A DNA stretch of 64,000 nt from an uncultured virus (IMG/VR IMGVR_UViG_3300044611_001480) (taxonomy: Duplodnaviria > Heunggongvirae > Uroviricota > Caudoviricetes). Position numbers and translations under genes: made by a program. The number at the start of each line of letters is the position of its first letter. Position 1 is the stretch's first letter. The stretch lies in the IMG/VR virus record IMGVR_UViG_3300044611_001480. One strand, given 5' to 3'. Shown piece by piece: positions 27,465 to 36,512 of the stretch. The notes beneath the pieces are model-generated. The model was given only the letters and a program-made list of their open reading frames with translations, was not told the DNA's origin and did no database searches.

Positions 27465-27893
27465 ATGACTAAACTGTACTCCGACCTCTATAAAACTTGT
27501 ATGACCTGTGGTAAGGAAAAACCTGCTACGGATTTTTATGTGAGAAATAAAGTTTCTATGGTTCGGCATTCTATATGTAAAGAATGTGATAAAGAAAGAG
27601 TAAAAAAAAGGCACGAAGAAAATCCAGAACGCACACGAAATAATGACCTAAAAAGAAATTATGGAATTACTCTTGATGAACATACACAAATGTATGAAGA
27701 ACAAAATGGTGCCTGTGCTATCTGTAAGGGTGAAGGTGATGGTAGATGGAAAAAACTTTGTGTAGACCACGACCACAAGACGGGAAAAGTTCGTCAGTTG
27801 CTCTGTAGAAATTGTAATGTTGTATTGGGACAAGTAGGAGACAATCCAAATCTTCTTGAAGAAATGATTAAATACCTACAAAAGCACCAATAA
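27465..27893 (+). CDS. Free-standing homing endonuclease, endonuclease VII family (F-CphI-like)
   Basis: N-terminal CxxC..CxxC; YGITLDE, CAIC, VDHDHKTGKVRQLLCRNCN; lies directly after intron-containing psbA. Confidence 0.85.
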   Translation: MTKLYSDLYKTCMTCGKEKPATDFYVRNKVSMVRHSICKECDKERVKKRHEENPERTRNNDLKRNYGITLDEHTQMYEEQNGACAICKGEGDGRWKKLCVDHDHKTGKVRQLLCRNCNVVLGQVGDNPNLLEEMIKYLQKHQ

Positions 27894-27985
27894 AATGCTC
27901 CTCATCCTCCTCCTCTTCCAACTCTTTGGAGTGTTCCTCTTTCTGATGTCTCTGCTATAATATATAAGATAAACCACAACTTTTT

Positions 27986-28687
27986 ATGTACGACGCAACT
28001 TTTATCAGTGATGTTCATTTAGGAACACCTAGATGTAATACTGAAAAGTTCTTAAAGTTTTTGAAAGAACTCAAAACTAAAAAGTTAGTAATGGTAGGTG
28101 ATATTATAGACATCTACTGTATGGAAAAATATAATACTCGTTGGACAAAAGAACATACAAAATGTGTTCATCAGATTCTAAATCTAGCAAAGAAAGGAAC
28201 AGAAGTCATTTATATTCTTGGAAATCACGAAGCAGAGATTCGTCGTTATACGAACTTTGAACATAAGAACTTCCGAATGGTAGACGAATATACTCATAAA
28301 GATTCAAAAGGTAATAAGTTTCTTTGTGTTCATGGAGATAAGTATTCTGAATATTCATCCGGTTCCTGGAAACAATTGATGTTTAATAAAGGATATGAAT
28401 TGATTACACCACTCAGTTTGTTCCTGGAAAGATTCTTCAGATTCTCCTTGGTTTATGCACTGAAGAATAGTGTTCGGGGTAAGAACTATATCAATCAATA
28501 TGAGACTGATATTGCATCATTTTGTGTTCAGAGAGATAAGAAATATGATGGAGTAATTTGTGGTCATATACATTCTGGAAATATTCGTAAGTTTGATAAA
28601 ATTACTTATATGTGCTGCGGAGATTTTGTAGATACTTGTTCTGCAATTGTGGAAAAGAACGGAATCTATTGCTTGGAAAAATATTGA
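27986..28687 (+). CDS. Metallophosphoesterase, UDP-2,3-diacylglucosamine hydrolase (LpxH)-like
   Basis: SDVHLG, GDIID, GNHE, HGD and CGHIH motifs. Confidence 0.85.
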   Translation: MYDATFISDVHLGTPRCNTEKFLKFLKELKTKKLVMVGDIIDIYCMEKYNTRWTKEHTKCVHQILNLAKKGTEVIYILGNHEAEIRRYTNFEHKNFRMVDEYTHKDSKGNKFLCVHGDKYSEYSSGSWKQLMFNKGYELITPLSLFLERFFRFSLVYALKNSVRGKNYINQYETDIASFCVQRDKKYDGVICGHIHSGNIRKFDKITYMCCGDFVDTCSAIVEKNGIYCLEKY

Positions 28688-28765
28688 ATAATATCTTCAA
28701 ATCCCAACAATTTATAGACACCTAAAAAGAACTTCTTATAATTACTAAGGAGTTCTTTTTCTTTT

Positions 28766-29425
28766 ATGAAGATCTTTTTAGACACGGCAGATGTTTCAAT
28801 GATTAGTTCAGCATATGATACTGGACTACTAGATGGAGTTACTACAAATCCCACTTTGATTCTTAAAAGTGGTAGACAACTTCAAGAAGTTATTAGTGAA
28901 ATTTCAAAAATATTTCCAGAGTTAGAAAGCATTTCGGCAGAAGTCGTTGCAGATACGGCAGAGGAAATGCTTACAGAAGCAAAACATTATTATACAATCG
29001 CACCAGCAGTTACAATCAAAGTTCCTTGTACCGTAGAAGGATTGAAAGCATGTAAGCATCTTTCCTCACTTGGTATCAAAACAAATGTAACTCTTGTGTT
29101 CTCGGTAGCACAGGCAATACTTGCATCAAAGGCAGGAGCAACTTATATTTCTCCGTTCGTGGGTCGTTGGATGGATAATTCTGTAGATGGTATTGAACTC
29201 ATCAAGAATATCCGTGAAGTTTTTAACCAAACATATACAAGCACTCAAATTCTTGCAGCATCTCTTCGTGATGTAAGGCAAGTAGAACAGTGTGCAAAAT
29301 ATGGGGCAGATGTTGTTACAATTCCTCCAGTTGTATTCTGGGCGATGTATAAGAACATTATGACAGATAAGGGGCTTGAGTTATTCCAGAAGGACTGGGA
29401 GGAAGTTCTGAAAGGAAAAGAATGA
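28766..29425 (+). CDS. talC: Transaldolase (TalC/fructose-6-phosphate aldolase family)
   Basis: FLDTAD, GVTTNPTL, IKVP, NVTLVFS, YISPFVGR and ILAAS motifs. Confidence 0.95.
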   Translation: MKIFLDTADVSMISSAYDTGLLDGVTTNPTLILKSGRQLQEVISEISKIFPELESISAEVVADTAEEMLTEAKHYYTIAPAVTIKVPCTVEGLKACKHLSSLGIKTNVTLVFSVAQAILASKAGATYISPFVGRWMDNSVDGIELIKNIREVFNQTYTSTQILAASLRDVRQVEQCAKYGADVVTIPPVVFWAMYKNIMTDKGLELFQKDWEEVLKGKE

Positions 29426-29628
29426 AACGCGAAGATCAGTGCTGGAATTTCATAATGTCCTCATTTGCGAGAACTTATGGAGTTGAAAGAACTATATCGG
29501 AACAAAAATTTCATGAAATTGCATTAGAATGGTGTGATGATCATAACTACACTTGTGATGTTCATCTGGATGACTTAAATAAAGTTGATTTGTATTTTAG
29601 AAATATTTACGAAACTTGGGAGGGTTAG
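29422..29628 (+). CDS. Hypothetical protein
   Basis: ATGA-coupled to talC. Confidence 0.65.
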   Translation: MKREDQCWNFIMSSFARTYGVERTISEQKFHEIALEWCDDHNYTCDVHLDDLNKVDLYFRNIYETWEG

Positions 29629-29754
29629 GTGATTAATTCAGAAACTCCTTATAAACTTGCGGAGATTATTAGAGACACTTGGCCTGGTCTTTACAGGAAA
29701 CCCCAAGTGTCCTATAATAATCAAAAGACTTCTAAAAATGAAAAAGTACAATAG
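29629..29754 (+). CDS. Small hypothetical protein (41 aa)
   Basis: GTG start with GGAGG SD; INSETPYKLAEIIRDTWPGLYRK. Confidence 0.55.
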   Translation: MINSETPYKLAEIIRDTWPGLYRKPQVSYNNQKTSKNEKVQ

Positions 29755-30052
29755 TGAAGATTATTTTTCTGTAATTGAAATTAAAACTGGAAGAAAGATT
29801 GCTGATTGTGGTGAAGAAGTAGATGCTCTTGCGATGGTTTCTTTTGATCCTCAAAATAGGACAATCACAAGAAATAAATTTATGATGGGTCCAGTAGTTG
29901 ATATTGAAATTCCAAAACAACTTCCTACTACTGGAATTCAAATTGATTCTACTCCTTATAAAGAACATCAAGAAAATTGGATGGTTGAAAAAATTAATCA
30001 ACTACCACAAATCAAACTACCAGAAAGTCAGGCAGAACCAGTAATAATATGA
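29738..30052 (+). CDS. Hypothetical protein
   Basis: ORF from ATG 29738. Confidence 0.6.
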   Translation: MKKYNSEDYFSVIEIKTGRKIADCGEEVDALAMVSFDPQNRTITRNKFMMGPVVDIEIPKQLPTTGIQIDSTPYKEHQENWMVEKINQLPQIKLPESQAEPVII

Positions 30053-30099
30053 GGAAATTATAAGAACAAAGAATAAATAATTATAAGTTGCAAATACTT

Positions 30100-30471
30100 A
30101 TGATTCCTCTACACTCGTTTAAGGACTATCTGTTTAATCTAGAAACGACAAGTAAAGCAGAAGCAAAACGAATGTGGAGGAGAAATATAAAAGAACAATG
30201 GGAACACAAATGTGCCTATTGTGAGTCGGAAGAAAATATAACACTAGATCATATCATTCCACAATGTAAAGGTGGACTTGATATTAAAACGAATGTGGTA
30301 TCTTGCTGTAAATCTTGTAATCAATCCAAGGGTCATACTCCTTGGGAGCAATGGTATTATAATCAAGATTTCTTTTCTCAAGAAAACTATAATAAGATTA
30401 AGAATTGGATAAAACCAGAACCTCCAACAAATCTTCATTCATATCGCCCAAGAAAAAATATTGCATATTGA
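30100..30471 (+). CDS. HNH endonuclease
   Basis: CAYC...TLDHIIP..GG...NVVSCCKSCNQSKG. Confidence 0.88.
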   Translation: MIPLHSFKDYLFNLETTSKAEAKRMWRRNIKEQWEHKCAYCESEENITLDHIIPQCKGGLDIKTNVVSCCKSCNQSKGHTPWEQWYYNQDFFSQENYNKIKNWIKPEPPTNLHSYRPRKNIAY

Positions 30472-30505
30472 TATAAAATAAATAGACAAGCGTAAATGAA
30501 TTGAA

Positions 30506-30859
30506 ATGACAGCACAAGAAATATTAGGATCACATTACATATTGGATTTATGTTCTTGTGATAATTATCTTCTGAATGATGTGGAACATATTATGATGTC
30601 ATTGCGTGAAGCAATTGTTCAATCGAATGCAACTTTATTGAATGAGCTTAAATATGAATTTACTCCTCAAGGAGTTACCGCAATATGCTTATTGTCGGAA
30701 AGTCACATAAGTATTCATACTTGGCCAGAAAAAGAATATGCAGCAGTAGATATTTTTACTTGTGGACAACACACCAATCCAGATAAAGCTTGTGATTTTA
30801 TGATAAATGCATTAAAATCAAAAAAACCAACTATGACTATAATTGAACGAGGAATATAA
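30506..30859 (+). CDS. speD: S-adenosylmethionine decarboxylase proenzyme
   Basis: FTPQGVT, LLSESHISIHTWPE and DIFTCG motifs. Confidence 0.93.
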   Translation: MTAQEILGSHYILDLCSCDNYLLNDVEHIMMSLREAIVQSNATLLNELKYEFTPQGVTAICLLSESHISIHTWPEKEYAAVDIFTCGQHTNPDKACDFMINALKSKKPTMTIIERGI

Positions 30860-30904
30860 TTTCTGTTAATTGTATAAGTAGTTTCGACTATCATTAAAAA
30901 AATT

Positions 30905-31153
30905 ATGAATTTTACTGTTTATTCAAAACAAGGTTGTCCATATTGCGATAAAGTGATTTCAATACTTAATCATCTTTCGGGAACTAAAGGTTGTCCGATT
31001 AAAGTTTATTCTCTTGGATCTGATTTTACTAGAGAACAATTTTATAGTGAATTTGGTGAAGGATCTACGTTTCCTCAAGTTATTATGAATCAAATTAAAT
31101 TAGGAGGGTGTAGTGACACAGTTAAATATCTCACGGAAAACAAAATCATTTGA
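30905..31153 (+). CDS. nrdC: Glutaredoxin
   Basis: CPYC, TFPQV and GGCSD motifs. Confidence 0.88.
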   Translation: MNFTVYSKQGCPYCDKVISILNHLSGTKGCPIKVYSLGSDFTREQFYSEFGEGSTFPQVIMNQIKLGGCSDTVKYLTENKII

Positions 31154-31322
31154 TATTCCAATAAATAGAGGAGTAGAGTTAATATTGGGGGAGAAATCAA
31201 AACCCAAAAAGCCAAATCCTTTTTTATTCAAATTTGGCAAAATGTTTTCTCTATTTCAAAAAGAGATTCATTTTGAATTTGAGTTTTCAGTTTATATAAA
31301 AAAAAGATCTCTCGGAGAATAA
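31113..31322 (+). CDS. Hypothetical protein (start uncertain)
   Basis: INRGVELILG...; fills the operon gap. Confidence 0.5.
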   Translation: MTQLNISRKTKSFDIPINRGVELILGEKSKPKKPNPFLFKFGKMFSLFQKEIHFEFEFSVYIKKRSLGE

Positions 31323-31324
31323 AT

Positions 31325-31567
31325 ATGGAACCCGCAATATTAACTATTTTTTGCTTAATAAGTTTTTTATTTTTTGTTTTTGGTGGAGTTATAGGTTGGT
31401 TCTTAAACAATATTACTCATGCTTTTCTAAATAAAGGAAACCATATAATTATGCATCCAGAAATGCTTGATGAAAATGGTAATATTTTACCAGATGAAAT
31501 ACTTGCAATTAGATTTGAAAACGATTATGACGATAGCAACAACGACGAAGAAGAAGAAGACAACTGA
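31325..31567 (+). CDS. Small membrane protein
   Basis: N-terminal TM helix, HPEMLDENG motif, acidic tail. Confidence 0.7.
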   Translation: MEPAILTIFCLISFLFFVFGGVIGWFLNNITHAFLNKGNHIIMHPEMLDENGNILPDEILAIRFENDYDDSNNDEEEEDN

Positions 31568-32120
31568 TTCTTCTGTAAATATAGAACTTCCTTCTAATCC
31601 CTTTGCATTTGAAATCTTTGATCTTGTAAATAAACAAAGATCAAATTCAAAGAAAGTGGAAATTCTACAAAAATATGAACATCCATCATTGAAAGCATTG
31701 TTCATATGGAATTTCGATGAAACAGTAATTACTGTTCTTCCTCCTGGAGAAGTTCCATACTCTAATTTAAAATCAGAACAAAAATTTAGTGGAACTTTAA
31801 CTAATAAAGTTGATAATTTCATTGACGCTATGAACAATAGTGCAACTACTTCTCTTGGAAATGCATCAGACTTAACTCAAGACCATACTACAATTCGTAA
31901 AGAATATGTAAGATTTTATAATTTCATTAAAGGTGGAAATGATTCTTTGGCATCTCTTCGCAGAGAAACAATGTTTATTCAAATGCTAGAAGGTTTACAT
32001 CCACTTGAAGCAGAAATTGTTTGTCTTGTGAAGAATAAAGAACTTCAGAAAAAATATAAAATTACAAAAGAAATTGTTTCCGAAGCATACTCAGATATTA
32101 TTTGGGGAAACCGCAGTTGA
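31527..32120 (+). CDS. Conserved T4-like phage hypothetical protein
   Basis: LPPGEVPY and RRETMFIQMLEGLHPLEAE motifs. Confidence 0.75.
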   Translation: MTIATTTKKKKTTDSSVNIELPSNPFAFEIFDLVNKQRSNSKKVEILQKYEHPSLKALFIWNFDETVITVLPPGEVPYSNLKSEQKFSGTLTNKVDNFIDAMNNSATTSLGNASDLTQDHTTIRKEYVRFYNFIKGGNDSLASLRRETMFIQMLEGLHPLEAEIVCLVKNKELQKKYKITKEIVSEAYSDIIWGNRS

Positions 32121-32129
32121 GGAGTTTAA

Positions 32130-32393
32130 ATGTTATTAAAAATTATTCATGAAAAGTGTGATAAGATATTATCAAATGATAAAAATCTTCCATTAAATTC
32201 ATATTTGGTTACTTATATTATAGAAAGTAAAACTTATTATGATATTGTACAATCAAATAGTAAAGTTCATATATTTGATTCATATTATGATCAATACGGA
32301 AAAGGGTCCATTCAATCAATTGAATGGACAAGTGGAAGGGTGAATCCAAAATTTTATGGGCAAACTAAACCGGAAAGGAAAAGTAAAAAATGA
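32130..32393 (+). CDS. Hypothetical protein
   Basis: SD GAGGAG; 87-aa ORF. Confidence 0.7.
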   Translation: MLLKIIHEKCDKILSNDKNLPLNSYLVTYIIESKTYYDIVQSNSKVHIFDSYYDQYGKGSIQSIEWTSGRVNPKFYGQTKPERKSKK

Positions 32394-32581
32394 ATGATAA
32401 AATCGTTGCAAATATTGACCCAGAAGAATTTACAAAGATTAAGAAGAAATATAAAAAACTAAAAAAGTATATGAAATCTCCACTTTATCAAGTTAAAGTG
32501 ATGGATGGAACTGAAAATATAATTAGTGAATTATTAAAAGAACCTGAAATTGCATCAAAGGATACAAAATTAGTTGACTAA
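32390..32581 (+). CDS. Hypothetical protein
   Basis: ATGA-coupled ORF. Confidence 0.6.
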   Translation: MNDKIVANIDPEEFTKIKKKYKKLKKYMKSPLYQVKVMDGTENIISELLKEPEIASKDTKLVD

Positions 32582-32602
32582 ATATCTCCAATGAGGTAGT
32601 AT
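32574..32602 (+). promoter_or_regulatory. Sigma70-type promoter upstream of the riboswitch
   Basis: TTGACT - 17 nt - TAGTAT. Confidence 0.6.
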
Positions 32603-32609
32603 ACCTCTA

Positions 32610-32704
32610 CGTTCATCCCATATGGGACGGAAGTAAGTTGACTCGGAACGGTACGTTCATTCGCTATTTCCGAATAGCGAACGCAAAAGCCGACTGAAGG
32701 AACG
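32610..32704 (+). ncRNA. Tandem glutamine riboswitch-like aptamers (glnA / Downstream-peptide family)
   Basis: Two units closed by CGTTC...GAACG: CGTTCATCCC..GGGACGGAAGTAAG..GGAACG and CGTTCATTCGC..GCGAACGCAAAAGCCGACTGAAGGAACG. A DUF4278-type ORF follows. Confidence 0.8.
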
Positions 32705-32737
32705 CTCTTTAACCTAAACCATTAAGGAGAAAACCTA

Positions 32738-32875
32738 ATGTCTAAAGTCGTATATCGTGGTGTTGAATATGATACTCAAAAGCGTATTGAATACCAACAG
32801 CAAATGATGCAGCAACCTCAACAATACAACGAAACCTATCGTGGTGTTAAGTATGTGAAGGAGGGACACAAATGA
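32738..32875 (+). CDS. DUF4278-like small protein (45 aa)
   Basis: MSKVVYRGVEYDTQKRIEYQQQMMQQPQQYNETYRGVKYVKEGHK; two YRGV motifs; SD AAGGAG. Confidence 0.85.
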   Translation: MSKVVYRGVEYDTQKRIEYQQQMMQQPQQYNETYRGVKYVKEGHK

Positions 32876-32973
32876 ACACTTATTTTGTTCGCTATCTCAA
32901 AAGAAAAGCAAAGAAGGAAAAACTTCTTCAAGTAGCACAACTGAATATGGCAAAGAAATCACAAGTTGCCTGA
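32872..32973 (+). CDS. 33-aa basic peptide
   Basis: ATGA-coupled, SD GGAGG; MNTYFVRYLKRKAKKEKLLQVAQLNMAKKSQVA. Confidence 0.55.
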   Translation: MNTYFVRYLKRKAKKEKLLQVAQLNMAKKSQVA

Positions 32974-32977
32974 AACT

Positions 32978-33013
32978 GGGAGGATTGACATCCTCCCTTT
33001 TTTTGTGTAAAAT
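32978..33013 (+). terminator. Terminator hairpin with an embedded promoter
   Basis: GGGAGGAT-TGAC-ATCCTCCC plus T-run; TTGACA - 17 nt - TAAAAT. Confidence 0.75.
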
Positions 33014-33035
33014 ATTAAAAGAGAATACTAATTTA

Positions 33036-33191
33036 ATGGACAAAGAAAAATTAAAACTTATTGTTCGTAATATGGAATTATTAATAGATTCACTTAAAGC
33101 AGAAATTTATTCTGATCCAAAACAAAAAAATACTAAAAGTATTGGACCATTGCAATTAGATTACGAAGAAGTATTTGAAGACTACGATTGA
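33036..33191 (+). CDS. Hypothetical protein
   Basis: MDKEKLKLIVRNMELLIDSLKAEIYSD. Confidence 0.65.
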   Translation: MDKEKLKLIVRNMELLIDSLKAEIYSDPKQKNTKSIGPLQLDYEEVFEDYD

Positions 33192-33196
33192 AAACT

Positions 33197-33949
33197 ATGA
33201 AACCAGTAAAAGCAAAAGACCTTCTTGAACTAGATAAAAGACTTGAAGTAGTAAAACTTCAAGGATATCCAATTCCAGAGCAGGTAATTTACCAAGCAGG
33301 AAAATGTGACTATTCAGAAATTCCTATTCATTATCAAGAAATTCCTACACCGCAGAAGTGTGGTGAATGGATCGTAGAGCAACTTCTAAGCAACGAACGA
33401 GGGCACTGGGGACCTGTAGAACATCCCGGTATTACTTTCTCGGTGTCTGGGTATGTTCACAACGTTATGGTGCAAGCAAGAACTCACAGGGTAGGTGTGA
33501 CATTTGATGTTCAATCTCAACGATACACTGGTAAGAGAGTTGTGAAGGTGGCACAAGGAGAACTAAAACCTGATGAAGTTTTCTATTCTCGTCCTCCTGG
33601 TTTCTATACCAATCGTAAGGGTAAGAAGTATGAATGGACTCAAGAAGATTATGATGATGAGATGAAATGGTATGTAGAAGGATGTAAGCGTTATGCTGTG
33701 AAGTATGAAAAGGGAATGTGTGAAGAACATATTCGTGATGGTCTAGCACAAGGAATTCGTCAGAACTTTGTAGTTTCTTGCAATCTTCGTTCTATTCTTC
33801 ATATTCTTGATCTTCGTGCTAAGTTGGATGCTCAACTTGAAATTCAGGCATTATGTGAACAAGTTGCTCCAGAAATTCAAAAGTGGGCACCAAATGTTTG
33901 GGGTTATTATGAAGAGAAGCGTCTTCATAAAGCACGGTTGAGTCCATAG
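33197..33949 (+). CDS. thyX: FAD-dependent thymidylate synthase
   Basis: GHWGPVEH, RTHRVGVTFDVQSQRY, NLRS and LRAKLDAQLEIQ motifs. Confidence 0.88.
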   Translation: MKPVKAKDLLELDKRLEVVKLQGYPIPEQVIYQAGKCDYSEIPIHYQEIPTPQKCGEWIVEQLLSNERGHWGPVEHPGITFSVSGYVHNVMVQARTHRVGVTFDVQSQRYTGKRVVKVAQGELKPDEVFYSRPPGFYTNRKGKKYEWTQEDYDDEMKWYVEGCKRYAVKYEKGMCEEHIRDGLAQGIRQNFVVSCNLRSILHILDLRAKLDAQLEIQALCEQVAPEIQKWAPNVWGYYEEKRLHKARLSP

Positions 33950-33990
33950 AATAAATATTTTTATATTGATAAAGGATGGAGATTAGTTTA

Positions 33991-34233
33991 ATGGCAATAT
34001 ATCCAGTTTATAATCCGGAAACGGGTGAAAAAAAGGTTATTGAAATGAGTGTTCATGATATTATGAATTGGTATGAAAATAATAAACCTTGGACCCGTGA
34101 TTGGTCACAAGGATCTGCAAGTCCCGGAGAAATTGGGGAATGGAAAGATAAACTCATCAGCCGTAATCCTGGATGGAATGATGTATTGGGTCGTGCCCAA
34201 AAAATGCCTGGGTCAACAGTAAAAAAAATCTAA
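33991..34233 (+). CDS. Hypothetical protein
   Basis: YPVYNPETGE...PGWNDVL; lies upstream of phoH. Confidence 0.7.
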   Translation: MAIYPVYNPETGEKKVIEMSVHDIMNWYENNKPWTRDWSQGSASPGEIGEWKDKLISRNPGWNDVLGRAQKMPGSTVKKI

Positions 34234-34242
34234 CAAAACATA

Positions 34243-35001
34243 ATGGCAAGACAAAGAAAAAGAAGTGGCGACCAACCAATTGGAATTGGTATGACTGCAA
34301 AACAAGCAAAAAGAAAAAAACCAATCAATGCCGATTTGCTAATAGATATTGAACCTCTTACTGAGAATCAAAAAAAACTTTTTGATTCTTATAGCGAAGG
34401 AAAACATTTAGTTGCTTATGGTGCTGCAGGAACAGGAAAAACTTTCATTAGTCTTTATAATGCCTTAAAGGATGTTTTAAATCCTATTACTCCTTATGAA
34501 CAAATTTATATTGTTCGTTCTCTTGTAGCAACTCGTGAAATTGGATTTCTTCCTGGAGATCACGAAGACAAATCTTCACTTTATCAAATTCCTTATAAGA
34601 ATATGGTAAAGTATATGTTCCAGATGCCAAGTGATGCAGACTTTGAAATGCTTTATGCTGGATTAAAAGCACAAGAAACTGTTAAATTCTGGAGCACTTC
34701 ATTCATTCGTGGAACAACTCTTGATAATTCAATTATTATTATTGACGAATTTCAAAATCTTAATTTTCACGAATTGGATTCTATTATCACTCGTGTTGGT
34801 GAAAATAGTAGAATTGTTTTTTGTGGTGATGCTTCGCAGTCTGATTTAGTGAAAGCAAATGAAAGAAATGGAATTGTTGATTTTATGAGTATTTTGCGTA
34901 AAATGCCATCTTTTGATATTATTGAATTTGGTATTAATGATATTGTTCGTTCTGGACTTGTCAAAGAATACATTGTTGCTAAACTTGAACTTGGATTGTA
35001 A
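34243..35001 (+). CDS. phoH: PhoH family ATPase
   Basis: GAAGTGKT, IGFLPG, RGTT, DEFQN and GDASQSD motifs. Confidence 0.95.
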   Translation: MARQRKRSGDQPIGIGMTAKQAKRKKPINADLLIDIEPLTENQKKLFDSYSEGKHLVAYGAAGTGKTFISLYNALKDVLNPITPYEQIYIVRSLVATREIGFLPGDHEDKSSLYQIPYKNMVKYMFQMPSDADFEMLYAGLKAQETVKFWSTSFIRGTTLDNSIIIIDEFQNLNFHELDSIITRVGENSRIVFCGDASQSDLVKANERNGIVDFMSILRKMPSFDIIEFGINDIVRSGLVKEYIVAKLELGL

Positions 35002-35678
35002 TGTTTACTCATATTGATATTAATCTTCCTCAACTTGAAAGGGAGACCATTGATGGAGTAAGATACTACAAAGTACCAGAAGGAGATGAGTTATTGAGAC
35101 TTGTCTCTATTACTTCTGTGACTAGCCATAAAAATCGTCAGTTCTTTGCTGATTGGAGAAAGAAAGTTGGAGAAGAAAAAGCAAATAAAATTACAAAGCA
35201 AGCAACCAGTCGTGGGACTGATATGCACACACTTGCTGAAAATTATTTGAAGAATGAAGAGTTCTCTTCTGAAGTTCTTCCAATTTCTCAAATGTTATTT
35301 GGAATTACCAAACCTTATTTAAATAAGATAAATAATATTCATGCACTTGAAAATTCTTTATATAGTAAGGTGCTTGGAATTGCAGGAACTGTTGATTGTA
35401 TTGCCGAATACAATGGTGAATTAGCAGTTATTGACTTCAAGACTTCAAAGAAACCAAAACCAAGAGATTGGATTGAGCATTATTTCGTTCAATGTGCTGC
35501 TTATGCTTGCATGTTATATGAGATGACTGGTATAATGGTAAAGAAGTTTGTAATCATAATGGCTTGTGAAAACGGAGAATGTGAAATTTATGAAGAATAT
35601 GACAAAGGAAAGTACATCAAGTTACTCACCGAATATATTAGAGAATTTGTTAGAGATAAACTTCAGCAATATGAATGA
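35001..35678 (+). CDS. PD-(D/E)XK exonuclease
   Basis: SITSV, RGTDMH, GTVDC, IDFKTS and QCAAY motifs. Confidence 0.85.
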   Translation: MFTHIDINLPQLERETIDGVRYYKVPEGDELLRLVSITSVTSHKNRQFFADWRKKVGEEKANKITKQATSRGTDMHTLAENYLKNEEFSSEVLPISQMLFGITKPYLNKINNIHALENSLYSKVLGIAGTVDCIAEYNGELAVIDFKTSKKPKPRDWIEHYFVQCAAYACMLYEMTGIMVKKFVIIMACENGECEIYEEYDKGKYIKLLTEYIREFVRDKLQQYE

Positions 35679-35925
35679 TAAAATAAAGGAAGAATTGGAC
35701 AGCAAATTTATCTGTCCTCAAAAATTTGCACAAGAGATTGAACAAATTGTAAAAAATTGTAAAGTCAATTATATCGATGCGATCATTAGTTATTGTGAGG
35801 AAAATTCAATTGAAATTGAAAGTGTATCCAAATTAGTTTCCAAACCATTAAAGGAGAAACTTAAAAATGATGCAACTGAACTTAACTTTTTAAAGAAAAC
35901 TACTAAAGCACGTTTGCCTCTGTGA
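35671..35925 (+). CDS. Late promoter transcription accessory protein gp33
   Basis: FAQEIE, YIDAIISYCEEN and LKEKLKNDA motifs; T4-like synteny. Confidence 0.85.
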   Translation: MNDKIKEELDSKFICPQKFAQEIEQIVKNCKVNYIDAIISYCEENSIEIESVSKLVSKPLKEKLKNDATELNFLKKTTKARLPL

Positions 35926-36512
35926 CACCTTTTGATGTATATAAAACTTACCTAGCTTTTAAGAATCATTTTACCAAAAAAGATTACGATTATTTTAAGT
36001 ATTGTGGAAAGTCTAGAGCATCTTTGGACTCTTTTCACAAGAGAAAGGATAGATATTTCTTTGAACGAACTTCTAGGCAAAAGAATGATGAAGAAATCAA
36101 AGCATATTTTGTGGCAAACTTTGTAGAATGTAATGACCCACAATCTTTATGGATTGGTGAGATCATCCAAAATGGCGAAGAAATTTATATGAATTGGTTA
36201 AAGAAATCTCAAAGTCTTTTTTACTTATTTAAAACAGAATCCGAAGTCTTTATAAACAAAGATAGTTTTGAAAAATTATTTGAAATAAAAAATAATCAAC
36301 ATCCAGAAATTCTCAAAAAATATTTTCAAAAAGCAATTAGTTTAGAGACAATGGTAATTTTAAATATGATATTGGATTATGTGAAACAGTTTGATAAAAA
36401 ACTCACAGATCCAGTGTGGGAAACCGTCAGTTTGAGAATTCAAAAGTATCAACCTTTTCTAAATATTGATGTAGCAAAGTATAAAGAAGTTCTTAAGGAG
36501 ATTGTTTTATGA
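35922..36512 (+). CDS. Helicase loader gp59
   Basis: YLAFKNHF...YDYFKY, RKDRYFFE and ISLET motifs. Confidence 0.85.
   Translation: MTPFDVYKTYLAFKNHFTKKDYDYFKYCGKSRASLDSFHKRKDRYFFERTSRQKNDEEIKAYFVANFVECNDPQSLWIGEIIQNGEEIYMNWLKKSQSLFYLFKTESEVFINKDSFEKLFEIKNNQHPEILKKYFQKAISLETMVILNMILDYVKQFDKKLTDPVWETVSLRIQKYQPFLNIDVAKYKEVLKEIVL

Noticed and set aside
27895..27960. 21-aa hydrophobic ORF MLLILLLFQLFGVFLFLMSLL
   Set aside because: Too short, low-complexity and without an RBS to support.
35001..35678. Cas4/CRISPR system
   Set aside because: It is a stand-alone PD-(D/E)XK exonuclease in the usual phoH-gp33 context; I saw no repeat-spacer array or other cas genes.
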